Notes: generated by a model not told the origin, from the letters alone. 63,616 nt of DNA, filler included, from Chiloscyllium plagiosum (GCF_004010195.1; 4 parts of one record of this genome joined end to end with filler, not necessarily neighbours in it); one strand, 5' to 3'. Positions 24,620 through 37,249 are shown, numbered from the whole stretch's first letter. A program made the numbers and translations.

Positions 24620-26310
24620 ATTGGCTATGGCTGTCCTTTTTAATGAAAAAATGATGGATAAAATAAAGATCAAAGAGTTGAGAGAAGGTAAAGGGGAGAA
24701 AATAGTAATACCTATATAGGAAATGAATGTCAGAGAATGTCAGAGAGAATAATAGAGAAAAAAAACCCTAGGATTGCACCAACAATCAAGGCTAGATGTT
24801 TCAAAGATAGCAAAAAGACAAAGCAACTAAAAACTTTATATCTTAATGCACATAACATTCCTAATAAGGTGTGCAAATTGATCGTATGCATAAAAGTAAA
24901 CAAATATGGTGTGATAGCCATATATAACCATGACTGCAATGATTGGGTCTTGAATATTGAGAAAAATATGACTTTTAAGAAACAGGAAGCTAGGTAAATG
25001 TGAAGGGTAGCATTATTAATAGCATCTGTGCAAGCATTAGACTTGGCACTGGTTAAGAACATCAACATGTAGAATTGGTTTGGGGGGAGATGAAGAATAG
25101 TGGGCAAAAGAAGTCACTGGCAGTAATAGTCTAGAGGTCACCTAACAGTAATCATGGTGTGGGACAAAAGGTACATGAAGACATACTGGGTGCTTGTGAT
25201 AAAAGGATGGCAATAATCATGGTTATTAATCTGCACATAAATTAATAAAATCAGATTGGCAGTTGCAGCATGGATCAAGAGTTAGGAGACACCCTCAAGA
25301 ATAGCTTCTTAGAGCATCATACTTTCTGACTTGCCACGACAGCAGGCTATATCAAACTTAGTATTGTATAATATGTTATGATTAATTAGTGACCTCAAAG
25401 TAAAGGCTCACCCCAAGAGCAGAAATTTTGATCTGACTGCATTGTACAATTCTAGAAGCAAGACCCGCCATCCATGGCGAATGAAAGAATTTAAGGACAG
25501 CCGCAAACTTAAGGAAGAACCATATAATTAAGCAAAGATAATTGGCAATTCCAATGACTGTGTAGAATATAAAGAATGGCAGAGTATTTCTAAAAGATTA
25601 ATTTGGGGGACAAAATTAGAGCATGCAGGGAGCTAGCTAGTAATCTCTAAATGGATAGCAAGAGTTTCTGCAGGTCTTTCAAAAAGGAAAGAGGAAGTGA
25701 AGTGGGTGGTAATCCTCTAGCGAGTGAGAATGATGAGTTAATAGTAGATGATAAGGAACTTGCAGAAGAAATTAACAAATATTTTGCTTCTGTCTTCACT
25801 ATAGAGAATACCTTAAAAATTCAGTAATAATAATACATCACAAGGTTGAAGGGAGAGAGGAACATAATGTAATTATGACTTCTTTTGCCCACTATTCTTC
25901 ATCTCCCCCCAAACCAATTCTACATGTTGATGTTCTTAACCAGTGCCAAGTCAGTAATAATAATACATCACAAGGTTGAAGGGAGAGAGGAACATAATGT
26001 AATTATAATCAATAGGGAAGTGGTACTAAACAAATTGAAACCCACGGATCTAATGATGTTTGTTGCAACTAGGGTGTTAGCATTAATCATGAAAGAAATT
26101 ATAGCTGCACACCTAGAAAAACTCAAAATAATTGTGAACTGTCAGCTTGGGATATGTGAAAATCACATGTAACCCAATTAATGCAGTTCTTTGAAGGAAT
26201 AACATGTGCTGTAGATAGAGAGGAGCTTGCATTATACTGTCCTTGATTTTAAAGAAGGTAATCGATATAGTGTCACAACAAAGGTTATTGTGAAAATAAA
26301 AGCTCATAAA
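24620..26310 (+). mobile_element. Old, highly decayed CR1
   Basis: LKTLYLNAHNIPNKV (endonuclease start); tattttgcttctgtcttcact (YFASVFT); ttgattttaaagaagg (DFxKA-like). Confidence 0.7.
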
Positions 26311-27790
26311 AGCTCAGTGTGTGGGGATAGAAGATTTTCTGCAGGACGATATTCACCACTTCCTGTCAATCAGACAGCAATCCACTTATTGCATATTCTC
26401 TGTTTTCTGCCCATAAAGTAGAGGATCAGTTATCTTAGTGAGCTTGGCAGCTGCTTTGCAATGCAGAGTGATGCTAACAATGTGGGATCAATTCTCAGCC
26501 TGGCTGAAATTGCCATAAAGAATTCTCCTTTTCAAACTCTCCCTTCACCGAAGACCTGGTGACTCACATGTTAAACCAAAACCTGTCTTTTCTGTCTGAT
26601 GAGCCATGCGATTTGATAAGACCATGGTGACTTGCAGATGGATGTGGCAGTTTGGAAGCATTGTGTTCTAGTTTCAGGTATGAAAGAGATAGAGAAATAG
26701 CCAAAACAGGTGAGACTTTTAAGTTTGTATCTGCATAACTCTGCCTGTCTGGCATGACAAATGCCCAAAAACTACCATGATGAGGCAGGTGGTATGGCAA
26801 TGCCCACTTGCTTGGGCAAAGAGTGGAAGAGGACTGTATCCATGGAGCATGCAGGGAAATGGTAATAATGGTGGCAACGGTTAAACACCTAGAGAAGCAA
26901 ACAATGATCTGTGCTGCTCAGTAACTGCTCTAACTTTCATTGTTGGGAATTAGTGCTGTCTCGATTCTCAGGGCAGCTGAGTGGGAGCTGCATAGAAATG
27001 AGGCAGGAGTTGGCTGATGAGGTGCAAATGCATGGAAATAAAGTCGACATCACTAATTAGTGAGATTCAGAACTATTCAAATCTTGAAGGGAAGATCAGG
27101 GAAAATAATCATTAATGTCAAAAATCTGACTTTTTTCACTCACTGTATTTTCCCAATTTTCTTTCCATTGCCCATACTGCTTAAGGGAATGGAAAATTTT
27201 ATGTCATATTGGTTCTATTTCTCACTCCACGTTCACTGCCAGACCTGCTGAGTATTTCTGGCAATTTTAATTTAATTTCAGTGTTTCAGCACCCACAGGA
27301 GTTTGGCTTTAGATGTTTTTATTCAACTTGTTGAGAGATGTTTTGAAACACCTCTGAACTACCAAGTCAGAAATCCCTTTGAAACTTGAACGGAACTTTT
27401 CTGGATCAGAGGTAGGGGCACTATCACTGTGACACAACAGTCTTGTAGTATTATGCTTTCATGTAAACTTCAGGTTTCAGCATTTCTGTCATCTACCAAT
27501 AGGTAAATTCTACTCAAATTGTAGAAAGTATGTCATCTTTCTATAATTTAAGTATCATCATTCCTTTCTTTATCCATGCTGTTAATGGTACATTGCTTTA
27601 ATTATTACATTCAGAAAGTTATAAATATGCATTGAAACCAAATATATTGAATAGCATGAGGAGAAAACTTTATTAGATAAATGTTAGCTAAGGAACATAA
27701 AATCTGATATTAAGGTATGTTACAGGTAGATGGAAAAGATACAATGACATCACTCAGTTAGCTTAAGGTGTATCTATGTCCAAGCTCCAT

Positions 27791-29166
27791 TGATAGAAAG
27801 GGAGGCAAGAGAGGAGGGCAGTGGCATTTTTGACAAGGGATAACATTACATCTGTGCTGAGGGAGGATATTCCCGGAAATAAATACAGGGAAGTTATTTG
27901 GGTGGAACTGAGAAATAAGAAGGGGATGATCACTTTATTGGGATTGTATTATAGACCTCCTAATAGTCAGAGGGAAATTGAGAAACAAACTTGTAAGGAG
28001 ATCTCAGCTATCTGTAAGAATAATAGAGTGGTTATGGTAGAGGATTTTAACTTTCCAAACATAGACTGGGACTGCCATAGTGTTAAAGGTTTAGATGGAG
28101 AAGAATTTGTTAAGTGTGTACAAGACAATTCAGTATGTGGATGTACCTACTAGAGAAGGTGCAAAACTTGACCTACTTTTGGGAAATAAGGCAGAGCAGG
28201 TGCCTGAGGTGTCAGTGGGAGAGCACTTTGGGGCCAGAGACCATAATTCTATTAGATTTATAATAGTGATGGAAAAGGATAGAACAGATCTAAAAGTTGA
28301 AGTTCTAAATTGGAGAAAGGCCGATTTTAACGGTATTAGGCAAGAACTTTCGGAAGCTGTTTGGGCGCAGATGCTCGCAGATAAAGGGACAGCTGGAAAA
28401 TGGGAAGCCTTCAGAAATGAGATAACGAGAATCCAGAGAAAGTATATTCCTGTTAGGGTGAAAGGAAAGGCTGGTAGGTATAGGGAATGCTGGATGACGA
28501 AAGAAATTGAGAGTTTGTTTAAGAAAAAGAATGAAGCATATGTAACAAAGAGGATTGATGAGGGCAGAGCGGTAGATGTGATCTATCTGGACTTCAGTAA
28601 GGCGTCGACAAGGTTCCCCATGGGAGACTGATTAGCAAGGTTAAATCTCATGGAATACAGGGAGAACTGGTAGCCATTTGGATACAGAACTGGCTCAATG
28701 GTAGAAGACAGAGGGTGGTGGTGGAGAGTTGTTTTCAGACTGAAGGCCTGTGACCAGTGGAGTGCCACAAGGATCGGTGCTGGGTCCTCTACTTTTTGTC
28801 ATTTACATAAATGATTTGGATGCGAGCATAAGAGGTACAGTTAGTAAGTTTGCAGGTGACACCAAAATTGGAGGTGTAGTAGACAGTGAAGAGGGTTACC
28901 TCAGATTACAACAGGATCTTGACCAGATGGGCCAATGGGCTGAGAAGTAGCAGACGGAGTTTAATTCAGATAAATGCGAGGTGCTGCATTTTGAGAAAGT
29001 AAATCTTAGCAGGACTTATACACTTAATGGTAAGGTCCTAAGGAGTGTTGCTGAATAAAGATACCTTGGAGTGCAGGTTCATAGCTCCTTGAAAGTGGAG
29101 TCGCAGGTAGATAGGATAGTGAAGAAGGCATTTGGTATGCTTTCCTTTATTGGTCAGAGTATTGAG
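27791..29166 (+). mobile_element. HER1/CR1 LINE fragment with ~0.73 kb internal deletion; runs into a gap
   Basis: [34 protein letters not shown]; deletion junction at 28542-28545. Confidence 0.93.
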
Positions 29167-29266
29167 NNNNNNNNNNNNNNNNNNNNNNNNNNNNNNNNNN
29201 NNNNNNNNNNTTAATTAATTAANNNNNNNNNNNNNNNNNNNNNNNNNNNNNNNNNNNNNNNNNNNN
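29167..29266. other. 100-bp placeholder gap with TTAATTAATTAA spacer
   Basis: N44-ttaattaattaa-N44. Confidence 0.97.
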
Positions 29267-29556
29267 GCCTTCCTGACCTGTAGTCTTCTTCTTGACCTCT
29301 CCGCCTCCATCCTACTCCGACCTATCACCCTCACCTTGACCTCTTTCCACCTATCACATTTCCAACGCCCCTCCTCCAAGTCCCTCCTCCCTACCTTTTA
29401 TCTTCTCCTGCTGAACACTCTCTGCTCATTCCTGAAGAAGGGCCTGTGCCCGAAACGTCGAATCTCCTGTTCCCTGGATGCTGCCTGACCTGCTGTGCTG
29501 TTCCAGCAATAAAGTTTCAACTTTGATCTCCAGCATCTGCAGACCTCACTTTCTCC
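29267..29556 (+). mobile_element. PLE pLTR with tail, next to a gap
   Basis: Near-identical to 5962-6189 and to the reverse complement of 39414-39690. Confidence 0.9.
29428..29463 (+). ncRNA. Minimal type I hammerhead ribozyme motif, best-paired copy
   Basis: AUUC-CUGAAGA-A-GGGC cugu GCCC-GAAA-CG-UC-GAAU: perfect 4-bp helix I; predicted cleavage after C29459. Confidence 0.85.
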
Positions 29557-30939
29557 TTCCCAAAGCAGCCTAGGACAAATCTGGTCTGGCCCTTGCGCCT
29601 TGTCAATCTTTATGTTTGTCCCAGTTTTGCCCTAACCAAAGTCACAACCTTAAAACATTTTGGGTTGGAGAAAATAATTGTGACTCTCTATTGAAACACA
29701 TGGATGAGCATGAAATGATTGCATTGTTATGAGCTTAACTTGTGTTATCAGTGGACGTGTTTGATTCCAGATTGAAAGCTGGCTTGCCAGATCATATTGA
29801 TTTTAGCCAAGTGGTTTCTCACTTAACAACAAAATAGCATTATATTCAGGCAAAAGAATAAAAACAAAGTAGAATAAGTCCAACTATTTACATGTAACAT
29901 AAACAAAGATTTTGATGTACGTGGTAAAACAATCTCAAAACGCCCCAAACCAGTGACGCTATAACATTCCAATAGGTTTGACTTAACTGTGACTTAAACT
30001 CCTTGTCTGGAAAATCTGATTGCCTTTTCTCTAGCTTTCATACACCTGAGTTTAAAGTGTTCTAGCTTCAAATAGCATATTCAGGAGTTTTATCTAATCA
30101 ATTCTGGTCAGGGACTATTGCTCAACTCCTTACTCTGAAGTATTCTACCTTGTCACTTTCTCAATAATTTTGCTTTATAAGGACTTTTGCAGAAATGCAT
30201 CAAACTGAAACAAAAATAAAAACTTATTTTTGCCACGTGTGCTCCCCGCTCCAGCTTGAGAAACAAGTACAGAAGTTTCTGGTACACATAGTTCTCCTCT
30301 AACACCATTGTTGTGTTCTTGTGCGATGCCGTGTTATAAACAAAATTGTGCAATAGAAATAATGGGGCCTAAGGGAAACACAGGATTGGGGTGAATCACC
30401 AAACACACCAGTAAAAATCAAAACAAAAATAGTAGGTAGCCTTACACAAACAATAACAGTCTAAGTAACTTTTAACCTGTTGTATGATACTGTATAGTGC
30501 AATTCATTAGAATCATCAACTGAATACTCTCGACTGGCATCTATATCTGCTGGCTGCACTACTTTCTAGCCAGTCTTCTGATCCTATCCAATGGTAATAC
30601 TGCAGAAGGCTGATTCCAGAATGAAACACGCCTTGATAGATGAAGGTTGGAACCTTAGTGAAATAAATTAAGTGTCAGTTTTGTCAAATTTTTCATTGGG
30701 CTGTACATTGTGATGCTTGGGGATGTCTGTCGCCTTCTTTTACAAAACCCATCCGATTTATTATCTACCCTACCCTTTGGTGCCCCTCACACATTCTAGC
30801 ACCATCATACCATGTACCATTTTCAAAACAACTCACCTTTCCTAGATATCCCAGAATTCACCAATATCCGTGAGGCAGCACCATCTTTAAAAAAGGTATT
30901 GTGCACCCAGACGAGAGCGGTCAGTCCAGAGCTGCCTTA

Positions 30940-31175
30940 CATGGTTTCTGTCATTGGTCCTGGACGTGACAAAGGAAAGTCGGTGCCTCTCTTTGTGGGC
31001 AGGGGAATGGAGATGCAGGATGTCCTTTTCTCCCAGGCCAACAGAAGACGCTATTCTACTGCAACGACACCAACCTGGACCAGGGTTACTACCCAGGCCA
31101 GTGCAGTCTCACACATCTGAAAGGAACGCACAGATTGTAGGAAGATCAATGAACTTCTCCACTCTGCCAGTGAAA
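30940..31175 (+). pseudogene. Decayed Myb/SANT-like DNA-binding exon, Harbinger-transposon type
   Basis: DVLFSQANRRR...PTWTRVTTQASAVSHI*RNAQ/CRKINELLHSA resembles the MSANTD/Harbinger pattern W..V...VSAVS...R...QCRKK.NDL; has a stop and a frameshift. Confidence 0.6.
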
Positions 31176-32099
31176 GTGCCAACATCTTCTCATTGATACC
31201 TTACACTGACTTCTCTCTCTATCTTTGCTCCTGTACCTATCATTTCCTGCAACATTTTCCCCATTCACTCTCATCCTCGTTAACATCTGACCCGGACCAA
31301 CACTGAATCTCTTCTGCACAGCCTACTCACCCCCTCAGGCCATCTTCACACAAGCACTAAAAGTAACAGCATGCCACCCACCTTTCTTTCCCTCACCCAC
31401 TATGTGCGGAGTTTCCTGACTCTGACCACCCTAAGCAGCTAACTGACCATGTCCAAGCCCTTGTACTGTTTTTTTTTTTGCAGTTGGTTTACCACAGTGA
31501 TTAGTCACTGAAACAGATTCATGAGTCTGCAGATATTCTTTAACATCTAAAACATGTTTTTAAACAACAGAGGGAAAAAAACTGAATACAACCAACAAAG
31601 GCAAGTTTCAAACTACTCCTCAACATTGTCCTTTCACTGTTAGTCAATTCTAGTGAAATTCCACTCTTAGCTCAGCTTTACCTTAACAGATTGCTCCCAG
31701 CTTATTGTCCTCAGGCTGTAGAGACATTTTCACGATGCTTTTCCAATTCCATAGCACAAACCTTTCACAATACTTTCGTAAAGCTTTTCATAAGAAAGTG
31801 CACAAGCTGACTGATCACATGATGCCAACGTGGAGTCCAGTCCTCCTACGACACTATACCAGGGATGAAAATTGTGTAACAGCGAATGGGAATTCACTTT
31901 AAAAAAAAAAAGAGTCAGCAATTCACAATTTCCATTAAACAAATCGCACTATAGGAGAACTACCTGTAGAAACTTTGATGTACAATTGTTTACCTTGTTT
32001 TGTCATAAGCTCTCCTAATGTACAAAAAAAAAATTAGTTCTGACGATTATTCCTCTATCAAGTTGCTTTGAAAGAAATCACCATGGCTACAGATATACT

Positions 32100-33820
32100 T
32101 GCAAAGTATACTGACGAAGAGACTACACTGAGAAAGGTGAATGCACTGCTTGCGAATACTGACACTTACCAACAGATGGTGATAGACCCGACCCCACAAA
32201 GAGAGAACCAAACCACAGCCCTCCTCAAAAAACTTCAGAAATCTGGAGAATTGAATAAGAGAGACTTCCAGAAAATGAAACCAGATGGATCCAACACATC
32301 ACGTTTCTACAGATTACCGAAAATTCACAAACCAGGAGCCCCCATCAGACCCATAGGCTTTCTACCTGGAACACCAGCGCACAGATAAGCCAAGGAGCTA
32401 CAAAGACTAAAACACTTAGTTGAAGACTCACACCAGCCACCCAAGAATTCCTGAACACCAAAGATACCAAGATACAAGAGGATGAAATAACGGTCTCCTT
32501 TGATGTAACAACCCTGTTCACATCCATTAACATCAACCTGGCCAAGGAAACACTGACTACACTATTAAAAAAATCAAAGACACATACACCAAATGCCACC
32601 AACTTCATCAGCAAGGACAACATTGTTAAGCTAGTGGACCTATGCCTTACCAGCCACGTCATTTTCAATAACAAAACCTACAGATCAACCAGCGGAACAT
32701 CCATGGGATCACAGATATCAGGATTCTTAGCAGAGACAATAATGCAGAGACTCAAACAAACAGGTCTGCCAAAGATCCAACCGAAACGTTGGGTCTGCTA
32801 CTACTTGGATGACACCTTTGTCATCATGAAACAAATCAGGGGAAACCTTCAAAGTCCATCAAAAGTATCCTTACTGGCATAAAATTCAATAAAGAGGAAG
32901 ACGACAACAAACTGCCATTCCTCAATTTCATAGTAGTGTGAACAGCCAATGGGGAACTTGAAAACCAGTGTCTACGGGGAAAACAACACATACGCACGAA
33001 ATACTGAACTACTGAAGCAATCATCCCAACTTCCACAAACGAAGCTGCATTAGAACATTATTTCAATGAGCCACCACACACTGCAGCAGGGAGGAACTAA
33101 GAAGAAGAGGAAAATCACCTATACAGCTTATTCAAAAAGAATGGGTACCCAATAAACAGTCTGCCGATTTCTCAGCAACAGACCCAAATAAGCAGACAAA
33201 ACAAGTCCAGAAACCTTAGCCATTCTTGCTTACATCAAATATCTTGGAAATGACTGCCAGACTACTCAGGCCCCTTTGGCATCATGGTAGCCCACAAACC
33301 CATTAAAACAGCAGCTAATGAACTTGAAAGACCCCATACAGACAACAAACACAACTAATGTTATTTACAAAATACCTTGCAAGAACTGTAACAAAACACT
33401 ACATTTGGACAAAAAGGCAGAAAACTAGCCACCAGGATACAGATACATCAACTAGCCACAAAAAGACAAGACCCACTCGCACTAGTATCCTTACATACAG
33501 ATGAGGAAGGACACCACTTCGACAGGTCAACACATCTATCCTAGGACAAGTCAAACAGAGACATACACAAGAATTCCTAGAAGCATGGCATTCCAACTGG
33601 AACTCTATCAACAAACAGAACGACTTGGACCCCATTTACCACCCATCTGAGAAAAAGAACAGGAACTGACACCACCAACCCAAGGAAACTTAAATAGATA
33701 AATAGAAACCAGGTCACTAACAGCAAAGCTTCACCAGAGGCTCACTGATGATTTTACCTAGTATGGTGACGAAACATCTGGAAATAAACCTTCCAGATCA
33801 GCGAGCAAATTTACATCCAT
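32100..33820 (+). mobile_element. PLE (family 2) with decayed RT, GIY-YIG and a tail-less pLTR
   Basis: RFYRLPKIHKPGAPIRPI, VSFDVTTLFTSI, GTSMGSQISGFLA, YLDDTFVI, IYKIPCKNC; 3' part matches 12180-12720. Confidence 0.93.
33742..33781 (+). ncRNA. Hammerhead motif (family 2), partly decayed
   Basis: UCA-CUGAUGA-U-uUUACC uaguau GGUGAc-GAAA-CA-UC-UGG. Confidence 0.65.
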
Positions 33821-35369
33821 ACTTACACAAATTAATGAAGTCTTTTGGACACACAGGAAGAAAATGCCATTAATTCAAATTTTCAAACACAAAAGTAAAT
33901 CTTATATAAATTTCATATTCTACACGACAGTAGTTTTTCCATCAAACACAACAAAAAAGAAGTAACAAAAAATTAGTAACAATTCAAGTGAATGCTTGAT
34001 AGGGCGAAAAATCTCAATTACGTAGACTCAAATATACTTCTACAACGTGCAATCTCATTCTTCGCATTCCTCTTTTAACATCATCTTTCTTCCTTCTCAA
34101 TTTTGTTTTCTGCATGTGATTTGATTAACTTCCTTGTTTAGACTCTGCAAGGTTTACGAACCACTTCATAATTAATCTTTCTTGGAGGATTTAAGTTTCA
34201 AAGGATTGTGGAAGAATTGATTCAGTTCAAGTTTTGCAGAAGTACTTGGAGTGGTTTCTGTAAAAGGTCATTGAAATGTCACTGTAAACATTGGAGTTTT
34301 GTTTTTAATACAAGGCTTCCTAAAAACCCAAGAACGAAGAAGAATGGCCTGCTTTGCTGTAGACCCTGCTGGGGCTGTTTCAACAGTGACTGATTTGGAG
34401 AGGTTCTTGTTTTTACCTAGTCTGTAGTTGGGGTACTAGATGCCAAAAATGAAAGGCTATCCAGCCGATCTGTTCAATTTCTGAAAAGAACTTTTGTTGA
34501 GTTCTGGGTGAAGCCTATTTGTTGTTCTGAGACACTGATGTAGGAACATCTCAACACTATATTTCTTGAGCAAATTCTGCATCTGCAAAGGCTACAGAGG
34601 CAACTACACATGACTAGTTACTTGACCACAAGTGCCACACATCCCAGAAACATATAATTGGCTATTTGATGAGTGGATTTTCTGTTGTGATCTTGGGGCT
34701 TGGTTGCAACAAAGCATTCTTCAGCCTGATGGGTTAAGGAAGTATCTAGATGCCTGCCACATTCGCATTAATTCCAGATCATGGCAGCATTGTCACATGA
34801 TATTGTATTGCTAATAACTACAAATACACAGCCAAAAAAAAACGACAGAACATCTGTAGGTACAGACAAATGTAATGGATGGCCAGCACTGTCACCAAAC
34901 TCAATATATCAAACTAAAAGGCTGGCAGTGCTCTGTGGAAGTAACATTATGAGCTGCTGCTGCTGCTGCTCAACCTTTAAATATTTGTATGCTCCTGCAT
35001 TTGGTGGCAGGCATTTATAGTCTGAAACAGCAGCATGCATCAATTTGCACTTAATTGAAGATCAAACAGAAGTACAAGAGTTGAAACCACCATGTTTCTA
35101 GCTGTTTCAGCTTTGGTAGGAATCTTGCAAAACTGCATGACTTAATCAGAGATTGCTGTCAGAAGGCACCAGGCTTTACATAATGTGTTGCAAAGAAAAT
35201 AAATTGGTGGAAATAACCAAAAAACCTCAACTTAACACAATTTCTTATTTGATCACTTAGAAAGCAAATTGCTCCATTACTTAGCTATACACTCTCTTGA
35301 AGGAGTGATTTTAAATTATTGTACAATACTTTCAATATCTCTTGAGTGTAAGCCATGCAGAAATTGGCA

Positions 35370-36570
35370 ACTCTGAAATAACACAATAAATATCACAGAG
35401 AAAAAGTATTAGGGAACGAATGAGGCTAAAGACCAGTAGATTCCTTGGGCCTGATGCGATGCATCCCAGGATATTACAGGAGGTAGCTACAGTGATAGTG
35501 GATGCACTGGCTGTAATCTTTTGAGAATCTTTATATTCCAGACAAGTTCCATAGGATTTGACAACTGTTAATGTAATATTTTTATTCAACAAAACAAAGT
35601 CAATATCAGGTAACCAAATGCCAGCTACCTCAAGATCCGTTATTGGGAACATGTAAGTCTATATTATAAAGACGTAATAGTACAGCATTTGGAAATACAG
35701 ATTATAAATCAGATTTAGATTCAGCAAGCCTTCATAAAGTGGAAATATTACCTGACAAATTCATTAGATTTCTTTAAAGACTTATCTATCTTGTTACAAG
35801 AGGAACCAATACATACAATACTTTTGTATTTCCAGAGGGAAATTGTTAAGGTGCCACATGCTACTTAATATAACAAGAACCTATTGGATTGGGAACAGTA
35901 CTTTAGCATGCATAGAAGATTGGCTAACTAACATAAACTAGAGATAAAAGCAAAAAAAAACTACCCGTGGTTTTTATTTCAGATTTCTGGCAAAGTACTG
36001 GGAAATTCGAGAAGTCCAGCAGCACTTGTAGAAAAAGATCACATTTCGAGTTGCCTGACCCTCATTCAGAACTCAAACATAATTGGAGACAATTGTTGGG
36101 ATGGGGATATTTTCAGGATGGCAACCTGTAGCTAGTAGAGAGCCACACACATCAGTAGTGGAGTAATTATTTACAATTTACATTAACTGTTTGGATGAGG
36201 GAAGTATTTTTACGATAGTCAAATGTTATTGGTGACTCGCAAAGGGATACAGATAGCAAATGGGCAAAAACATGGCAGATGGAATATCATGTGGAAAAAT
36301 GTGAGGATATGCGGTTGACTAGGGGAGCAGATATTATTTAAATGGAGAAAAACTTCAGAAAGCTTTAGAACTGAAGGATTTGGAAGTCCTTGTCCATAAA
36401 TCACAAACGATTGGCATGTAAATTCAGCAGGTAATAGGGAAGGCAAATGGAATATTTGCCTTTATTTCAAAGAGAATGGGGTACAAATTTAGGGAGATTT
36501 TGCTAAAACTACCCAAGGTACTAGTCAGACCACTGCCGGAAAACTGAACAATCTTGGTTCCCTTATCGGA
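35370..36570 (+). mobile_element. Old CR1 RT region, interrupted by an old PLE pLTR fragment (~35955-36075)
   Basis: gggcctgatgcgatgcatcccaggatattacaggaggtagc (GPDAMHPRILQEVA); tggcagatggaatatcatgtggaaaaatgtgag (WQMEY..EKCE). Confidence 0.75.
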
Positions 36571-36697
36571 AGAAATTCTATTGTAACCTTCTGAGTATTG
36601 TTAAAAAAAACGTCATTGGCATCATCAGCTTCAAGCAAAGTAACTATGATATCAAAGGGTAAACTCACATTGCCATACAAGGGTAAATTACAGACAG

Positions 36698-36860
36698 AGA
36701 AAGTGAGGGCTGCAGATGCTGGAGATCAGAGCTGAAAATGTGTTGCTGGAAAAGCGCTTTCCTCATTCCTGAAGAAGGGCTTATGCCCGAAACGTCGATT
36801 CTCCTGTTCCTTGGATGCTGCCTGACCTGCTGTGCTTTTCCAGCAACACATTTTCAGCTC
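36698..36860. mobile_element. 163-bp inverted-pLTR PLE insertion with an intact hammerhead; perfect 14-bp TSD
   Basis: taaattacagacag at 36684-36697 and 36861-36874; inverted arms gagctgaaaatgtgttgctggaaaagc / gcttttccagcaacacattttcagctc. Confidence 0.92.
36765..36800 (+). ncRNA. Minimal type I hammerhead ribozyme motif
   Basis: AUUC-CUGAAGA-A-GGGC uuau GCCC-GAAA-CG-UC-GAUU. Confidence 0.82.
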
Positions 36861-37249
36861 TAAATTACAGACAGCATCATTCTGCAGGTCAAAGGGCAAA
36901 CAAAACAGTTCACATTGAGCATCCATGCATTATGCACTATGTTCTACTCAGCAATTTGTATCAGCATAGATGACATCACTGGGAACAAGGCCTGAATACT
37001 GCAAGGCTGAAAATGTGTTGCCTGAATACTGTTTATTTGTCTTCTACACACAAATATATATGCCAAATTGTACACACTTACAAATAATTTTAGCAAGTTT
37101 AGCAATACAAATTTTAAATAATCTGAACAGTCTTCCACACAAAAATAATTTCTCATTGAACATTACACGCATCCATATGGACTCTGGCAATTTGACAAGT
37201 TATACAGAAACATGAATGGAATCATGGAATACAGTACTCAAAATGTAGG

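Noticed and set aside
27010..27050. CTGATGA...GGAAA...GTC hammerhead-like string
   Set aside because: Helix I cannot pair, helix II closure is wrong, and there is no pLTR context
29580..30480. Possible solo LTR (also 34116-34630)
   Set aside because: No second copy, TSD, PBS or PPT could be identified by eye
34952..34970. (CTG)n tract, and (CAG)n at ~40183-40200, as polyQ coding sequence
   Set aside because: Short microsatellites with no supportable reading frame
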